A stretch of DNA of 64,000 nt from contig NC_042997.1 in the NCBI RefSeq assembly GCF_006345805.1, forward strand, positions 77,562,001-77,626,000, read 5' to 3'. The translations under genes were made by a program, and so were the position numbers. Below are positions 1 through 11,039 of the stretch, piece after piece; positions within the stretch are counted from its first letter, which is position 1, and each line of letters begins with the position of its first letter. Origin of the DNA: Octopus sinensis. Its lineage: Eukaryota. The notes under the pieces are model-generated. The model did not search any database. It had not been told where the DNA came from and was given only the letters and a program-made list of their open reading frames with translations.

Positions 1-165
1 CGTGTGTGTCTGTATATGTATATATATATGTGCGTGTATGAGCTGTGTTTTGAGTTGTTTATATCCTATACACATTTCTATTAGTATGTGTTTAAGCGGC
101 TACCGTCTGTATGCGTATTGCCGGTAGCCATACCTCTGTGTAATTGTTATCGTTTTCGCACCATA

Positions 166-241
166 GTCGTCGTCGTCGTTGTTGTCGTTGTTGTTGTTGT
201 TCTTCTTCTTCTTCTTCACTTCTTCTTCTTCTTCTTCTTCT

Positions 242-280
<39 letters not shown>
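166..280. repeat. Compound microsatellite (GTC)n(GTT)n(CTT)n(CT)n
   Basis: Directly visible simple repeats. One example of many (TA)n, (CA)n, (ACAT)n and trinucleotide tracts in the window. Confidence 0.95.
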
Positions 281-360
281 CCCCCTCTCTCTCTGTACTC
301 GGATAATATAAATGCATGCGTGTATGTATACACACACATGTGTTCGTGTGTGTGTCTGTA

Positions 361-846
361 AAAAGACAGGATGGTCATGGCTGGAACGCTACTCGAACCA
401 CAACCAATATACACTGCAGCATGCCATTCCACATCATATCACATTTCGCCAGCTTATCGATCCACTCCTAAACAATACGTCACGGCAGTACAATACCAAC
501 CCATGTGCGTTAGGTAATGTGTATGATGTCCTGCTCAAAGACAGGATGGTCGCGACTGGAAGACCTTCTATCAGAAGTATACTCAATCAGAGATACACAG
601 GGCTTAAACATAAACAGCAACAGCCACAATACTATGAACAAACAAGGAAGCTTGTATGCAGTCGCTCAACCTGCAAGAAACAGCAACCAAATCTTCCTCA
701 ACTCACGTCTTACAGTATTTAAAAAAAAGCTGATAATTTACTCTAAGTTACAATGTATCAAAATAAAAGACGAGATGGTCAAGGCTGGAATGCCTTGTCC
801 AAACTTCTGCTTGATCATAGTTGACCTGGGATTAAACAACCTCAAC
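361..846 (+). repeat. Three partial copies of a short dispersed repeat (aaagacaggatggtcatggctggaa...gacctgggattaaacaac), probably a retroelement 3' end with an (AAC)n tail
   Basis: Motif at 361-390, 537-566 and 765-846. Related copies near 14725-14790, 26325-26395 and 55955-56015. Confidence 0.55.
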
Positions 847-1220
847 CAGTGTACTTAACATTCCAACCACTAATTAATTAACTATATTCACCTCCAATCA
901 CCACTAATTCCAACACAAGCACTATCATCATCAACTTTTGTTGCGGACTTGGATTCATTTATTCAACAACAATCAATAATATATATAAAAATGTATTCAA
1001 TAACCAATAATAGATATAGAAATAGACCATAAATGTATGTGTGTGTGTGTGTGTGTAAGCATATATTACAGAGTGTGTGTAGGGTGATGGTGCCCATGTC
1101 TTTATTTCCTTTATTTAGTGTCATACCGAGCATTCCGCTAGATCTCAGTCTTAGCTGTCATCAGTGTGGCTTTTATAACACCCAAGTGTCAACGCTGAAC
1201 TATGTTTATCTAGTCAAAGC

Positions 1221-1309
1221 TTAACGGCGAAATTGTTCGTAAATTATAAAGCAAATGAACTTAGCCGCCCGTGAAATAAGCACGGAAACCAGTGGATTGT
1301 GATTCGGTT
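1221..1309 (-). CDS. Candidate terminal exon of an unidentified minus-strand host gene (EPNHNPLVSVLISRAAKFICFIIYEQFRR*)
   Basis: AG acceptor at 1311-1310, open in phase 1 to TAA at 1223-1221, phase-compatible with the 1702-1827 candidate. No homology recognised. Confidence 0.25.
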
Positions 1310-1349
1310 CTGTTTTAACATAACTAAACAGTATGGATGGAGGGGGGAG

Positions 1350-1440
1350 GAGGAGGAGGAGGAGGAGGAGGAGGAAGAAGAAGAAGAAGAAGAAGAAGAA
1401 GAAGAAGAAGAAGAAGAAGAAGAAGAAAAGGAAGGAGGAG
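1350..1440. repeat. (GGA)n(GAA)n microsatellite
   Basis: Directly visible. Confidence 0.95.
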
Positions 1441-1701
1441 GAGATTACAGTTGTTTGAGGAGGAGGAATAAATGATAAGATGAGAATCGTGAAACGATGG
1501 TGGTGGGATGAAAGGCGAAAAAATGAAAATAAAGAACAAGCAAAGGTAGGAAGGAAAGTAAAATGTAAATGAAAAGAGAGGAGATAGGGAAGATGTAGAA
1601 GTAAAATTTGAAAAATGACTGTGGATATAGGAAGAGAAAAGAAAAACAGCAGCAGCAACAAAAGAAGCAATGAGAGCCATAGAAGAAACGTTATAAAATA
1701 C

Positions 1702-1827
1702 CTGCGCCCGAAAAGTTTTGTTGAGAGTTAACGGGAAATCTATAGCATTTCAATAGATCTTGGTCATACTCAGATAATTTACAATGTTCTAAATTTTCTT
1801 CCTTTTTGTGAGTGTTTAATGGTATTA
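1702..1827 (-). CDS. Candidate internal exon (IPLNTHKKEENLEHCKLSEYDQDLLKCYRFPVNSQQNFSGA)
   Basis: Acceptor ttttgttatcacattccag and donor gcag|gtattt; 126 nt, open in phase 1-1. No homology recognised. Confidence 0.3.
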
Positions 1828-2058
1828 CTGGAATGTGATAACAAAAGAGATGAGAAAAGATTATAAATATTTCCATTATCAACAGTGACTTTTGAAGATG
1901 GTACTTCACGTATCGGAATAGCAATTTATAGATCGTGGGTTCAGATGAGCTACAGGTGTTTTATAATGTTTTTGGTATTTATTTCTTCATTGTTTCACCA
2001 TAGCTAGCTGTTAGAGAATATGTAGCAGGTTTTTTTGATGTGAGAAAGATAATATCTC

Positions 2059-2212
2059 GGATCTTTACTTTTTGACCGACAGAGAAAAACTTATATTTCT
2101 CAAAAATGCTAAGAGTAAAAGATGCTTTATATGACACATTCTACCAGTGTCCGAAGTTTGAAAGTGTTTAGTAAATTTTTTTTTAAATATGTCGGTCAAA
2201 AGGTAAAGATCC
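2059..2212. mobile_element. GGATC-family MITE (Merlin-like), 154 bp
   Basis: TIRs ggatctttactttttgaccgaca / tgtcggtcaaaaggtaaagatcc; exact 8-bp TSD aatatctc at 2051-2058 and 2213-2220. Confidence 0.85.
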
Positions 2213-2230
2213 AATATCTCTTAACTGTTT

Positions 2231-2406
2231 GATGCGGCAAAAATCATTGCCATTCGTCAAAGCTGTTATCATCGTTATGCGTCGCTATGCTGCCGATAAA
2301 AAAATTTGTTAATCATGAACGTACCTTCATAAGTTCAAAGTGGAAGTATTTTTTAAAGTCCTTGTTGTCTTGTCTATATGTTGAAACACACATGCACACA
2401 CGCACG

Positions 2407-2470
<64 letters not shown>

Positions 2471-2686
2471 TGCACAGCACACACACACACATACACAACC
2501 AAAAAATTAATAACTATGTTTTTGAAGTCTGTGTGGACAGATGTGCACTTAAAATTCCTGTGTTTTTAATCAAAATTTATTTGTTACTAAGGTGACAACA
2601 CCACCTATTTATCTTCCCCTTCTTCCCTCTCTCTACACAGAGGTTGTTACGGACAAACAGACAGAGGTTAGATCTCTTTTATAAGA
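2231..2686 (-). mobile_element. Probable non-autonomous Helitron-like remnant; its internal ~150 bp is duplicated at 3455-3610
   Basis: Minus strand starts A|TCTTATAAAAG...ctgtctgtttgtc, resembling the Helitron 5' ends at 54379 and 59674. 3' end not securely found. Confidence 0.4.
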
Positions 2687-3118
2687 TTTGTGTACTGTGC
2701 TAAATTGAGAGAGGAAAAACTCATCACGCCACCTTTGATGGAATATCACACAATCGTAATTACTATTCGTTTCTTACTTTGAAACATGGCAAGTTTTAGC
2801 CATTGCTTCATTACTGATAAATAGCTGCTATTCTTGCACTTTAACACTCCTTCTTGTCTTTGGAATGTCTTTCGTGGAGTTCATTTTGTTGCAAGTGCTT
2901 GAACAAGATTGCCAATCTGAGGAAAATTCCAACCTTCCTTTTACCAGGTACAGAAGCCTTGGAAAGGGTCATACACATTGCCTTTCTTCCTCTGAGCAAG
3001 CTATTAAAAGAAATGATTAGTGCCTGTAATAAGCTAGGACCAAACAAATAAATGAAAGGTTCTTTATACCTGTTGATATAAACTAATAAAGATTCTGTAC
3101 ATCATAACAGAACCATAC

Positions 3119-3172
3119 CTTTGGTCTAGACCGTAAAATTGAATTGACACCAGAACAATCATGACATCTAAT
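3119..3172 (-). CDS. Candidate 54-nt exon (phase 0 reads IRCHDCSGVNSILRSRPK)
   Basis: Strong acceptor ttttatctttcatctgttcag and donor aag|gtatgg. Reading frame is ambiguous; phase 2 is also open. Confidence 0.3.
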
Positions 3173-3676
3173 CTGAACAGATGAAAGATAAAATTGATTC
3201 TAACAGGATTCAAATTCAGAATTCAGATAGATGAAAATAAATACTGAAAAATAATTAGTCCGTCGCACAAGGTCTACGATGGCCTTTCAGGACAATAACA
3301 TCTCTAACATAGCTAAACAGTGTATTTCATGGCTTGCGCTTCTTTTTAGAGCAAGAAATTAACTCAGTGCTGAAATTTTGCTTCACTTCTACAAGTGTAA
3401 CCTACTTTAGAGAATTGTTTTTATACCTGGAACAGGGCAGAGAAAGTATAAAGATGCTGCAAAAATCATTGCCAATCATATAAACTGTTATTGTCATTAC
3501 GCGTCGCTACACTGCCGATAAAAGTATTTGTTAATCATGAACATACCTTCATAAATTCAAAGTGGAAGTCTTTTTTTAAAGTCTGTGTTGCCTTGTTTTT
3601 ATGGTGAAAGACAGACAGACAGACAGACAGACACACATAAGACCTTGTTCTTGTACTGAACTAGCAAACTGCATAC

Positions 3677-3740
3677 CACTTCATGCACCCTTCTCCGCAC
3701 ATTCGATCACTGATGAATTCAGCGTTTTCTTTATAACATT
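3677..3740 (-). CDS. Candidate 64-nt exon (CYKENAEFISDRMCGEGCMK)
   Basis: Acceptor ttattttcag and donor gtg|gtatgc; open in phase 1, Cys-rich. Confidence 0.3.
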
Positions 3741-4130
3741 CTGAAAATAATTCCTCCTATGCAAGATTTTCTGTACCAAACATCCACCTACAGAAGTTCA
3801 CATCATTGGTTTTACCAGGGATATATGTGAGTGAGTGTGCGGAGGTGGGAGAGAGAGAGAATTGAGGAAGACGGAGAGACAAATATATAGATAGACATAG
3901 GGAGAGATATATATGTTGGTAAAAACGAATAGTAAAAAGACTCGATATTTTAATAAAGTGTAATAGTTTACTTAGGCTGATTTTAGTAACCTTTCAGCCT
4001 GAAGATTCCCTGACATGTTGCAGTTTTTCACACACACACACGTGTGAGTATGCGTGCACACATACATACATACATACATACATACATACATACATACATA
4101 CATACATACATACATACATTCATACATACA

Positions 4131-4781
4131 TATAGATTAAAGCAGAAAAAAAAGGCAAATTGTTTGGCAAAACTTGACAAGGACATTCAATAATAAAGTG
4201 GAGGCACATGGCCTAGAGGTTAGAGCAGCGGCTCTGGCAGAAGGTTAATGGCGAACTTCTACTGACTCTTTCGCCACAACTTTCTCTCAGTCTTTCCTCC
4301 TGCATTTAGCAGCTCACTTGTGATGGACTGGCGTCCCGTCCAGGTGGGGAACCTATACGCCAATGAAACCAGGAAAATGACCCTTCTGAGCTAGACATGG
4401 CTCAGGAAGGAACAAACAATAACATATGATAAAAGGTTTGCATTAGTATCTATTTTCCCTCGCCATGGATTACTAGCAAACCATTCACTGTGTGCCTGGA
4501 TTTTAACTAATGACTACCTGTTTTAATTTGATTGCATTTCTCCTCCCTTTCTAGATATAATGAACCACAATAATTATCATTGATGAAGAATATTCTTCCA
4601 CTGATACATATGCCGGTATATTCAATGTATGGAATCCTCGCTCAACACGATGTTCTAATTGCTGGGGTGTTCTAGAAACAACTGTTTGAGACTATGTAAA
4701 TATTTTATTATACAGCTAAAGTAAATGTCCTTGTCAAGTCTTGTCAAACTGTTTGCCTTTTCTTTTCTGATTTAATCTATA
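4131..4781. repeat. Segment bounded by ~60-bp imperfect inverted repeats (MITE-like or inverted retroelement tails)
   Basis: tatagattaaagcagaaaa...cttgacaaggacattca (4131-4190) is the reverse complement of taaatgtccttgtcaag...ctgatttaatctata (4722-4781). Confidence 0.6.
4200..4423 (+). mobile_element. tRNA-derived SINE with V-domain-like core
   Basis: tRNA-like head ggaggcacatggcctagaggttagagcagcgg; core gatggactggcgtcccgtccagg resembles the V-SINE domain; A/C-rich tail. Confidence 0.65.
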
Positions 4782-4879
4782 CCCACTGTCTCAAGTGGAA
4801 GCCATTTCTAGCCTCTCTAAAAAGGTAGTCACAAAATCCCATCTTCAACTGCAGTTATATATATATATATATATATATA

Positions 4880-5400
4880 TAAGCCTACACATTCCTACTC
4901 CACCTTCCCTATCCTTCCCATCCCACCCCATCCCATCCCTTACACCCTCTCCCACATACCCCACCTCTACCCCAACCCTCTGCCTACCCACAAACCCCAC
5001 CTCTATCCCCACCCGTGCTTTCCCCACTCTCGCCTCCCCTACCTCCCATCAACATCACAACACACTACACACCACATCACACCAGCACTGACCAATTCCC
5101 ATCCCCACACATCAAGACCACTAGCCCTCTTTCACACGCACATACGTACCCTCTTATACTCACGCGCACCTTATACTCACGCGCACCTTTACTTAATCTC
5201 CCCTACTTCTTCACTCTCCTGTGTGAGCCTTCCGTCCGGCAGTCGCCATGATAGATCAGTAGCTACTACACACGTTTTTTTCTCTCCTTGTTTCTTACTG
5301 TGTTCCTTTCTGTGGAAGAGTGAAGGCTCGAAACGTAAAAGACTTTTTCAATTCCTGAGCATTATACTGATATATATGTTATACTAATATATATGTTATA
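4880..5400 (+). mobile_element. Penelope-like element 3' region (pseudo-LTR)
   Basis: Contains ctttctgtggaagagtgaaggctcgaaacgtaaaagac, which recurs in inverted orientation at 5577-5615 downstream of a GIY-YIG coding remnant. Confidence 0.55.
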
Positions 5401-5425
5401 CTAATACATATGTGTGTGTGTGTGT

Positions 5426-5488
<63 letters not shown>

Positions 5489-5499
5489 TGTTAAAATTT

Positions 5500-6205
5500 A
5501 CAGAAAAGCAAAAAATGAAGACAGATGTATGAACAACAAGCAGGTGTATTACTTTGACACTCAGGAAAGTGAGAAAGTCTTTTACATTTCAAGCCTACGC
5601 ACTTCAACAGAAAGAAATAAGAGAAAATAAACTTATAGATTTAGAGATCAAGCATGGTGACTGGTTGGGGAAAAAAGGTTTGACAGGAGAGGTAGAAAGA
5701 AGGGGAGATAATAAAGTATTGGTGATCCCAAAATGAAGGTGCGCCTGCGTGTGTACATATGTGAGAATGTGTGTGTGTGTGTGGATAGGGGCAAGTGACT
5801 TTGATGTGTGGATGTGTCTGTCAGTAATGTGTGGGTGTGCAGATAATGGTGTGTGGTGTGGGTGCTGGGAAGTGGTCAGTGCTAGTGTGTGGAGTGCTGT
5901 TGTATGGTGTGGGGGATGGAAGGGATAGGGGTGGAGGGGTATTAAGGAAGAGGGAAGGCGGGTAGAAATAAAGAGAGGAAGTAGGTTTAGATGAAACGAG
6001 AGGAGGGAAGTTGAGCCCATGTGGTGCAAAGGAGCAAAGAGAGATTAATTCCTGTTCATGCTGAAGGCGGGAGACCGGATGACCCCTGTGTAAAGACAAT
6101 CCGAATACAGACAGGTGTTGTAGTGAATGACCGGTAGACCGGAAATGGCGTGAGACTGGGGTATCATTGCCAAGTCTCCGCAAGCCGGTCAGCCAAGCGG
6201 CGTCA
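5500..6205 (-). mobile_element. Penelope-like element remnant: GIY-YIG endonuclease C-terminus plus 3' region
   Basis: Translation DTPVSRHFRSTGHSLQHLSVFGL...RLQHEQELISLCSFAPHGLN matches the PLE GIY-YIG C-terminal pattern. Confidence 0.8.
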
Positions 6206-7114
6206 TGTTTCACCGATGTACAGAGAAGGGCAGAAAGAGCATATATACATATATACATACACACACACACACATGCCAGAACGAACACAAGCATTTCATA
6301 CTAGATTTCCTTCCCAACCCCTATAGACAAGAAATATACCACAGGCACCTACCATTCTCTTTAAATTCCTTTCATTTTACTTTATTTTGTTTATTTTTTT
6401 ACGTTATCTTCCTTTACCTCCTCCCCCTCTCTCCTTATTTACCCTTATATATTTATTTGTCTTCTTGGCTATTTTTGTACACTATATTCTTAGACACTAT
6501 ATTTTTACATACCTTACTTCATCCTTAACTTCCTCCCTCACTCTCTCTACCTATCTTTCTATTTATTTATTTTTCTTTCTTTTTGCCACTTAATAGCCAC
6601 CTCTGCTACCATTCTGTTACTGAACATTGATATGTTCATGTCTATTTCTGAATATTTACACTATCAAGACTTATGCAGGATCACACCTAAGGACTTACCG
6701 ACATGATCAGAAAGTTGCTTCTTTTTTCATCACTTTCTTCATCTCCTTATTCCTTTACTCCTATCCTCTATGTCATCGTTTCGTTAATCTATACCCTTCA
6801 CTCATTTTCCCTATTTGTCTCCAATGATGGAATATCCCATATTCTGGGATATCCCAGAAACAGCCGAAAGACTTTGCAAATTTTTCCAATAATAATAATG
6901 TATATGACTTGAGATGTTTGCCTTGCCTTAACGTTTGTCATCCTCTTTCGCAATTATATATCCGCTATATTGGAAATCTGCAATAGCTCCATAACTACTG
7001 TCTCGGCTATAACCTTGGAGCCCTAGTAATCCATTAGAGCATTTACCTTGCGCACCTAATCATTTAGATCACCTGTGAACTAAATCCCCCTATTTTGTAT
7101 ATATATATACATAC

Positions 7115-7167
<53 letters not shown>

Positions 7168-7242
7168 TACATACATACCTACATACGTACACACATATAT
7201 GTATATATGTGTATATGTGTGTGTGTGTATATATATATATAC

Positions 7243-7312
<70 letters not shown>

Positions 7313-7770
7313 GTGTGTGTGTGTATGTGTATATACATTCATACATACAAACACATACACACACATATATACATACATATATAGTGGCTGCCCCCTCGTT
7401 ATCGAGTATGGCCATTGCATGAAGCTTAATCAATGTTGCTATCATGTAATGCCTGTGCAAGAAGATTTTTTTTAAAGTGAGGAAAGGCTGTGCACTGAGT
7501 CAATCCCACTCACTAAGCAACAGAAGCCATAATCCGAAAAGAAGAACAAGTCAACATCATCGGTAACCACTGAGCTGCAGATTTTATGTCAGAGTTATCC
7601 CAGTTACCTGAGTTACCTTCTCCTAGAATGATGCCCTAATAAAGGCTAGGAGTCTTTCACTTCCAATAGTTTAACCGCGTGATCGGGTATTCAGTCCAAT
7701 CATTTCTATGTCCCCGCGCATGATACACCCTTAAGATATTTATGGATGGCCGTTGACTCTCATACATATA

Positions 7771-7861
<91 letters not shown>

Positions 7862-7864
<3 letters not shown>

Positions 7865-8320
7865 GAGCTGCTTGAACGGAGACGTGTGGATGTATGTTGT
7901 ATCCAGGAAGTAAGGTGGAGAGGAGGTTCCGCTAGGCTCCTCACAGGCAAGGAACACAGGTACAAGATTTTCTGGGCAGGGAACACTGACGGGGTCGGGG
8001 GCGTGGGTATACTTCTTGCAGAGAAATGGGTGGGTAAGGTAATCGAGGTAGTCAGAGTAAGTGACAGAGTAATTAAAATTAGATGAGTCCTTCACCACAG
8101 GACAGCTACCATCATCTCGGCATATGCCCCTCAACTAGGACTACCAGAAGGACAAAAAGACCAATTCTATGACACCCTATTGCGGACTACCTCGTTGACA
8201 AATGACAGTGACCTTCTCTTCGTGGCAGGTGATTTCAATGGACATGTCGGACGGCATGTCGGGGGCTTCCATGGCGTCCATGGAGGCTACGGATTCGGTT
8301 CTCGAAATGAGGAGGGAACC
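7862..8320 (+). pseudogene. RTE-clade LINE AP-endonuclease fragment
   Basis: DVCCIQEVRWRG, GVGILL, SAYAPQ and GDFNGHVG motifs; one in-frame stop near 8084. Confidence 0.9.
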
Positions 8321-9058
8321 ATGGCCCCTACCTGGGACGTAGTCAGTCCACCTGTGCATACCTTCCTGCTTGTGATACTTGTGAAGACCTGTTGAGGCAA
8401 ATCAAATCAGAGTCAAATCGAATCAAGTCAAACCAAATCAAAATAGATGAACATCAATGGAATTTGTATCCTTGTGGTACCAGTGCCGGTGGCACATAAG
8501 AAAACCATCCGAACGGGACCGTAGCCAGTACCGCATCGACTGGCCTCTGTGCTGTGGGCACGTAACAAACACCATCCGAGCGTGGCCGTCTGCCAGCCTC
8601 GTCTGGCACCTGTGTCGGTGGCACATAAAAAAAACACCATCCGAGCGTGGCCGTCTGCCAGCTCGTCTGGCAACCTGTGTTGGTGGCACATAAAAACACC
8701 ATCCGAGCGTGGCCGTCTGCCAGCCTCGTCTGGCACCTGTGTCGGTGGCACATAAAAACACATCCGAGCGTGGCCGTCTGCCAGCCTCGTCTGGCACCTG
8801 TGTCGGTGGCACATAAAAACACCATCCGAGCATGGCCGTTCGCCAGCCTCGTCTGGCACCTGTGTCGGTGGCACATAAAATCACCCACTACACTCTCGGA
8901 GTGGTTGGCGTTAGGAAGGGCATCCAGCTGTAGAAACACTGCCAGATCTGACTGGCCTGGTGCAGCCTTCGGGCTCCCCAGACCCCAGTTGAACCGTCCA
9001 ACCCATGCTAGCATGGAAAGCGGACGTTAAACGATGATGATGATGATGATGATGATGA
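8321..9058 (+). mobile_element. RTE-clade LINE 3' UTR ending in a (GAT)n tail
   Basis: gtggttggcgttaggaagggcatccagctgtagaaac is the RTE-type 3' tail motif; ends acgttaaacgatgatgatg. Confidence 0.75.
8570..8880 (+). repeat. Minisatellite of five ~62-bp units inside the RTE 3' UTR
   Basis: Units start at 8570, 8635, 8697, 8759 and 8820 (caccatccgagcgtggccgtctgccagcctcgtctggcacctgtgtcggtggcacataaaaa). Confidence 0.95.
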
Positions 9059-9147
9059 TATATATATATATATATACACACACACATATATGTATATATA
9101 TTCATATATATATGTATACACACACATATACATATATCTATCTGTCT

Positions 9148-9182
<35 letters not shown>

Positions 9183-9183
9183 C

Positions 9184-9370
9184 ACAAGGCCCGAAATTTT
9201 TGGGGAGGGGGCCAGTCGATTAGATCGATCTCAGTATGCAACTGGTACTTAAAACCCCGAAAGGATGCAAGGCAAAGTCAACCTCAGTAGAATTTGAAAT
9301 CAGAACATAAAGACAGACGAAATGCCACAAAGCATTTCACCCGGCGTGCTAATGTTTCTGCCAGCTCGCC
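9184..9370 (-). mobile_element. tRNA-derived SINE (core gcctttcatcctttcgggg...aagtaccag family)
   Basis: Head ggcgagctggcagaaac...ttcaaattc and conserved core. Related copies at 44952-45118 (-), 57540-57725 (+) and 57750-57965 (+). Confidence 0.75.
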
Positions 9371-9382
9371 TCATACATACAT

Positions 9383-9417
<35 letters not shown>

Positions 9418-9425
9418 ATATATAT

Positions 9426-9523
<98 letters not shown>

Positions 9524-11039
9524 ATATATACGAGAGAGAGAGAGAGCAATAAGAAAATGGTGGTTCATCAACTTTTAGACATTATATTATGTCAACTTAT
9601 TTATTTATTTACTAAAATGACAATTGCAAGAATATACATACATGCATAACATATTATGCTTTACATATAATATATTAATATATAAAGATACCAGCAATTA
9701 TTAAGATACAAAATGCAGGAATATAAATTGGGAAAATAACTTAACAGCTGTTTCAGCCAAGAGGCAAAAATACCTCATTCTACCTTTATTCCTCTAGTAG
9801 ACTGAAGTAATAAGTAGATGAAATTGAGGTACATGGGTGTTTCTCTAGGCTTCGTCAGAGATTTTATAAAGTACATAAGGTTGAGTTATAAATAAATATA
9901 GATATAAAATAAATAAAAAATACACACACATTTAAATACTTATACATATACATATACATATGCATACATACATAATTATATATAAATACTTATATATACA
10001 CTTAAATGTACATACATATTTACATTTATAAGCATACACAATAATCAATTATTATTAATGATATAAAATGCATTATATTATTCATATTAGATAAAAATAT
10101 AAACAGAGGTATGAGAAAGTTCTAAGAATAGTAATTTTGCAATCTATAAAATCAATATATCTTAAAGTTATTTCAGTTATGTCAGAACGAAACTGTATAC
10201 ACATGAGGAACATATATATATATATATATAATATATATATATATATACATGCACACATACACACACACACAAATATGTATATATACATATATATTTTTCT
10301 ACTCAAACATACTTATATGTACATACGTATTAAATGTGTTTAGAAGGGAGGATCAGTGCATTAGTTTGTATCATTATAATTATAACAATAGTACACTGAG
10401 TTATTTATATTTACATATAGAAATGCGATATGTTTATTACTTCATTATTTTTTAATATATATAGTGAGAGAGAGAGACAGAGGCCAAAATGTACGTATGT
10501 CGCCATATGTACATAAAAAGGAATACAAAAAATAGGACAAGAACGCAAAACATCCAGACAGCTAGATGTCCCTCTGCCTCTACCTCTCTCCTCTCTCTCC
10601 ATGTGACTGGTGTTTGGCCAAGCCTGACCTTTCTTTCTTGGTTCGACTACCAGACTACCATCCGTGCAACATCTATATTCCATGACTGTCATCTCTTATG
10701 TCCCTTCCATAAGGTTTCACTTCCGCACACGCCAGCTTAATTTAATCTGTCCTTAGTCGAAAGACACCTGTTGTTAATGTCCTGTTATTTGCATTTGTAT
10801 TTGTGTACCATTTCCCCATCTTTTTCGTCCTTAGCAAGGAATCTAGCGCTCTTAGCTTAATTTTTCCTTGGGGCTGGCCAGATTGGAGCAATCTCAAGTA
10901 TAACCAGCCAAAATTGCAAAGATAATCTGGAACTCGACTAAGGAAAGAAAACTTCGAATGATCTGTCCGTGTTTTTTCTTGTCCCTTTTTTGTATCATCT
11001 GTCTGGATGTTTTGTTGTCCCTTTTTGTATCATCTAGCT

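Noticed and set aside
88-432. ORFs rich in poly-E, poly-F, IY, HT or CV here and throughout the track
   Set aside because: They are translations of microsatellites, which lack stops by composition.
4200-4260. tRNA genes at SINE heads (also 9330-9370, 40880-40945, 49966-50040)
   Set aside because: Cloverleafs are incomplete and continue into SINE bodies; they are SINE heads, not tRNA genes.
8428-9030. Several 127-186 aa ORFs with repeated peptides; regularly spaced repeats suggesting a CRISPR-like array
   Set aside because: The ~62-bp units are contiguous with no unique spacers and lie in a LINE 3' UTR; the ORFs are by-products.
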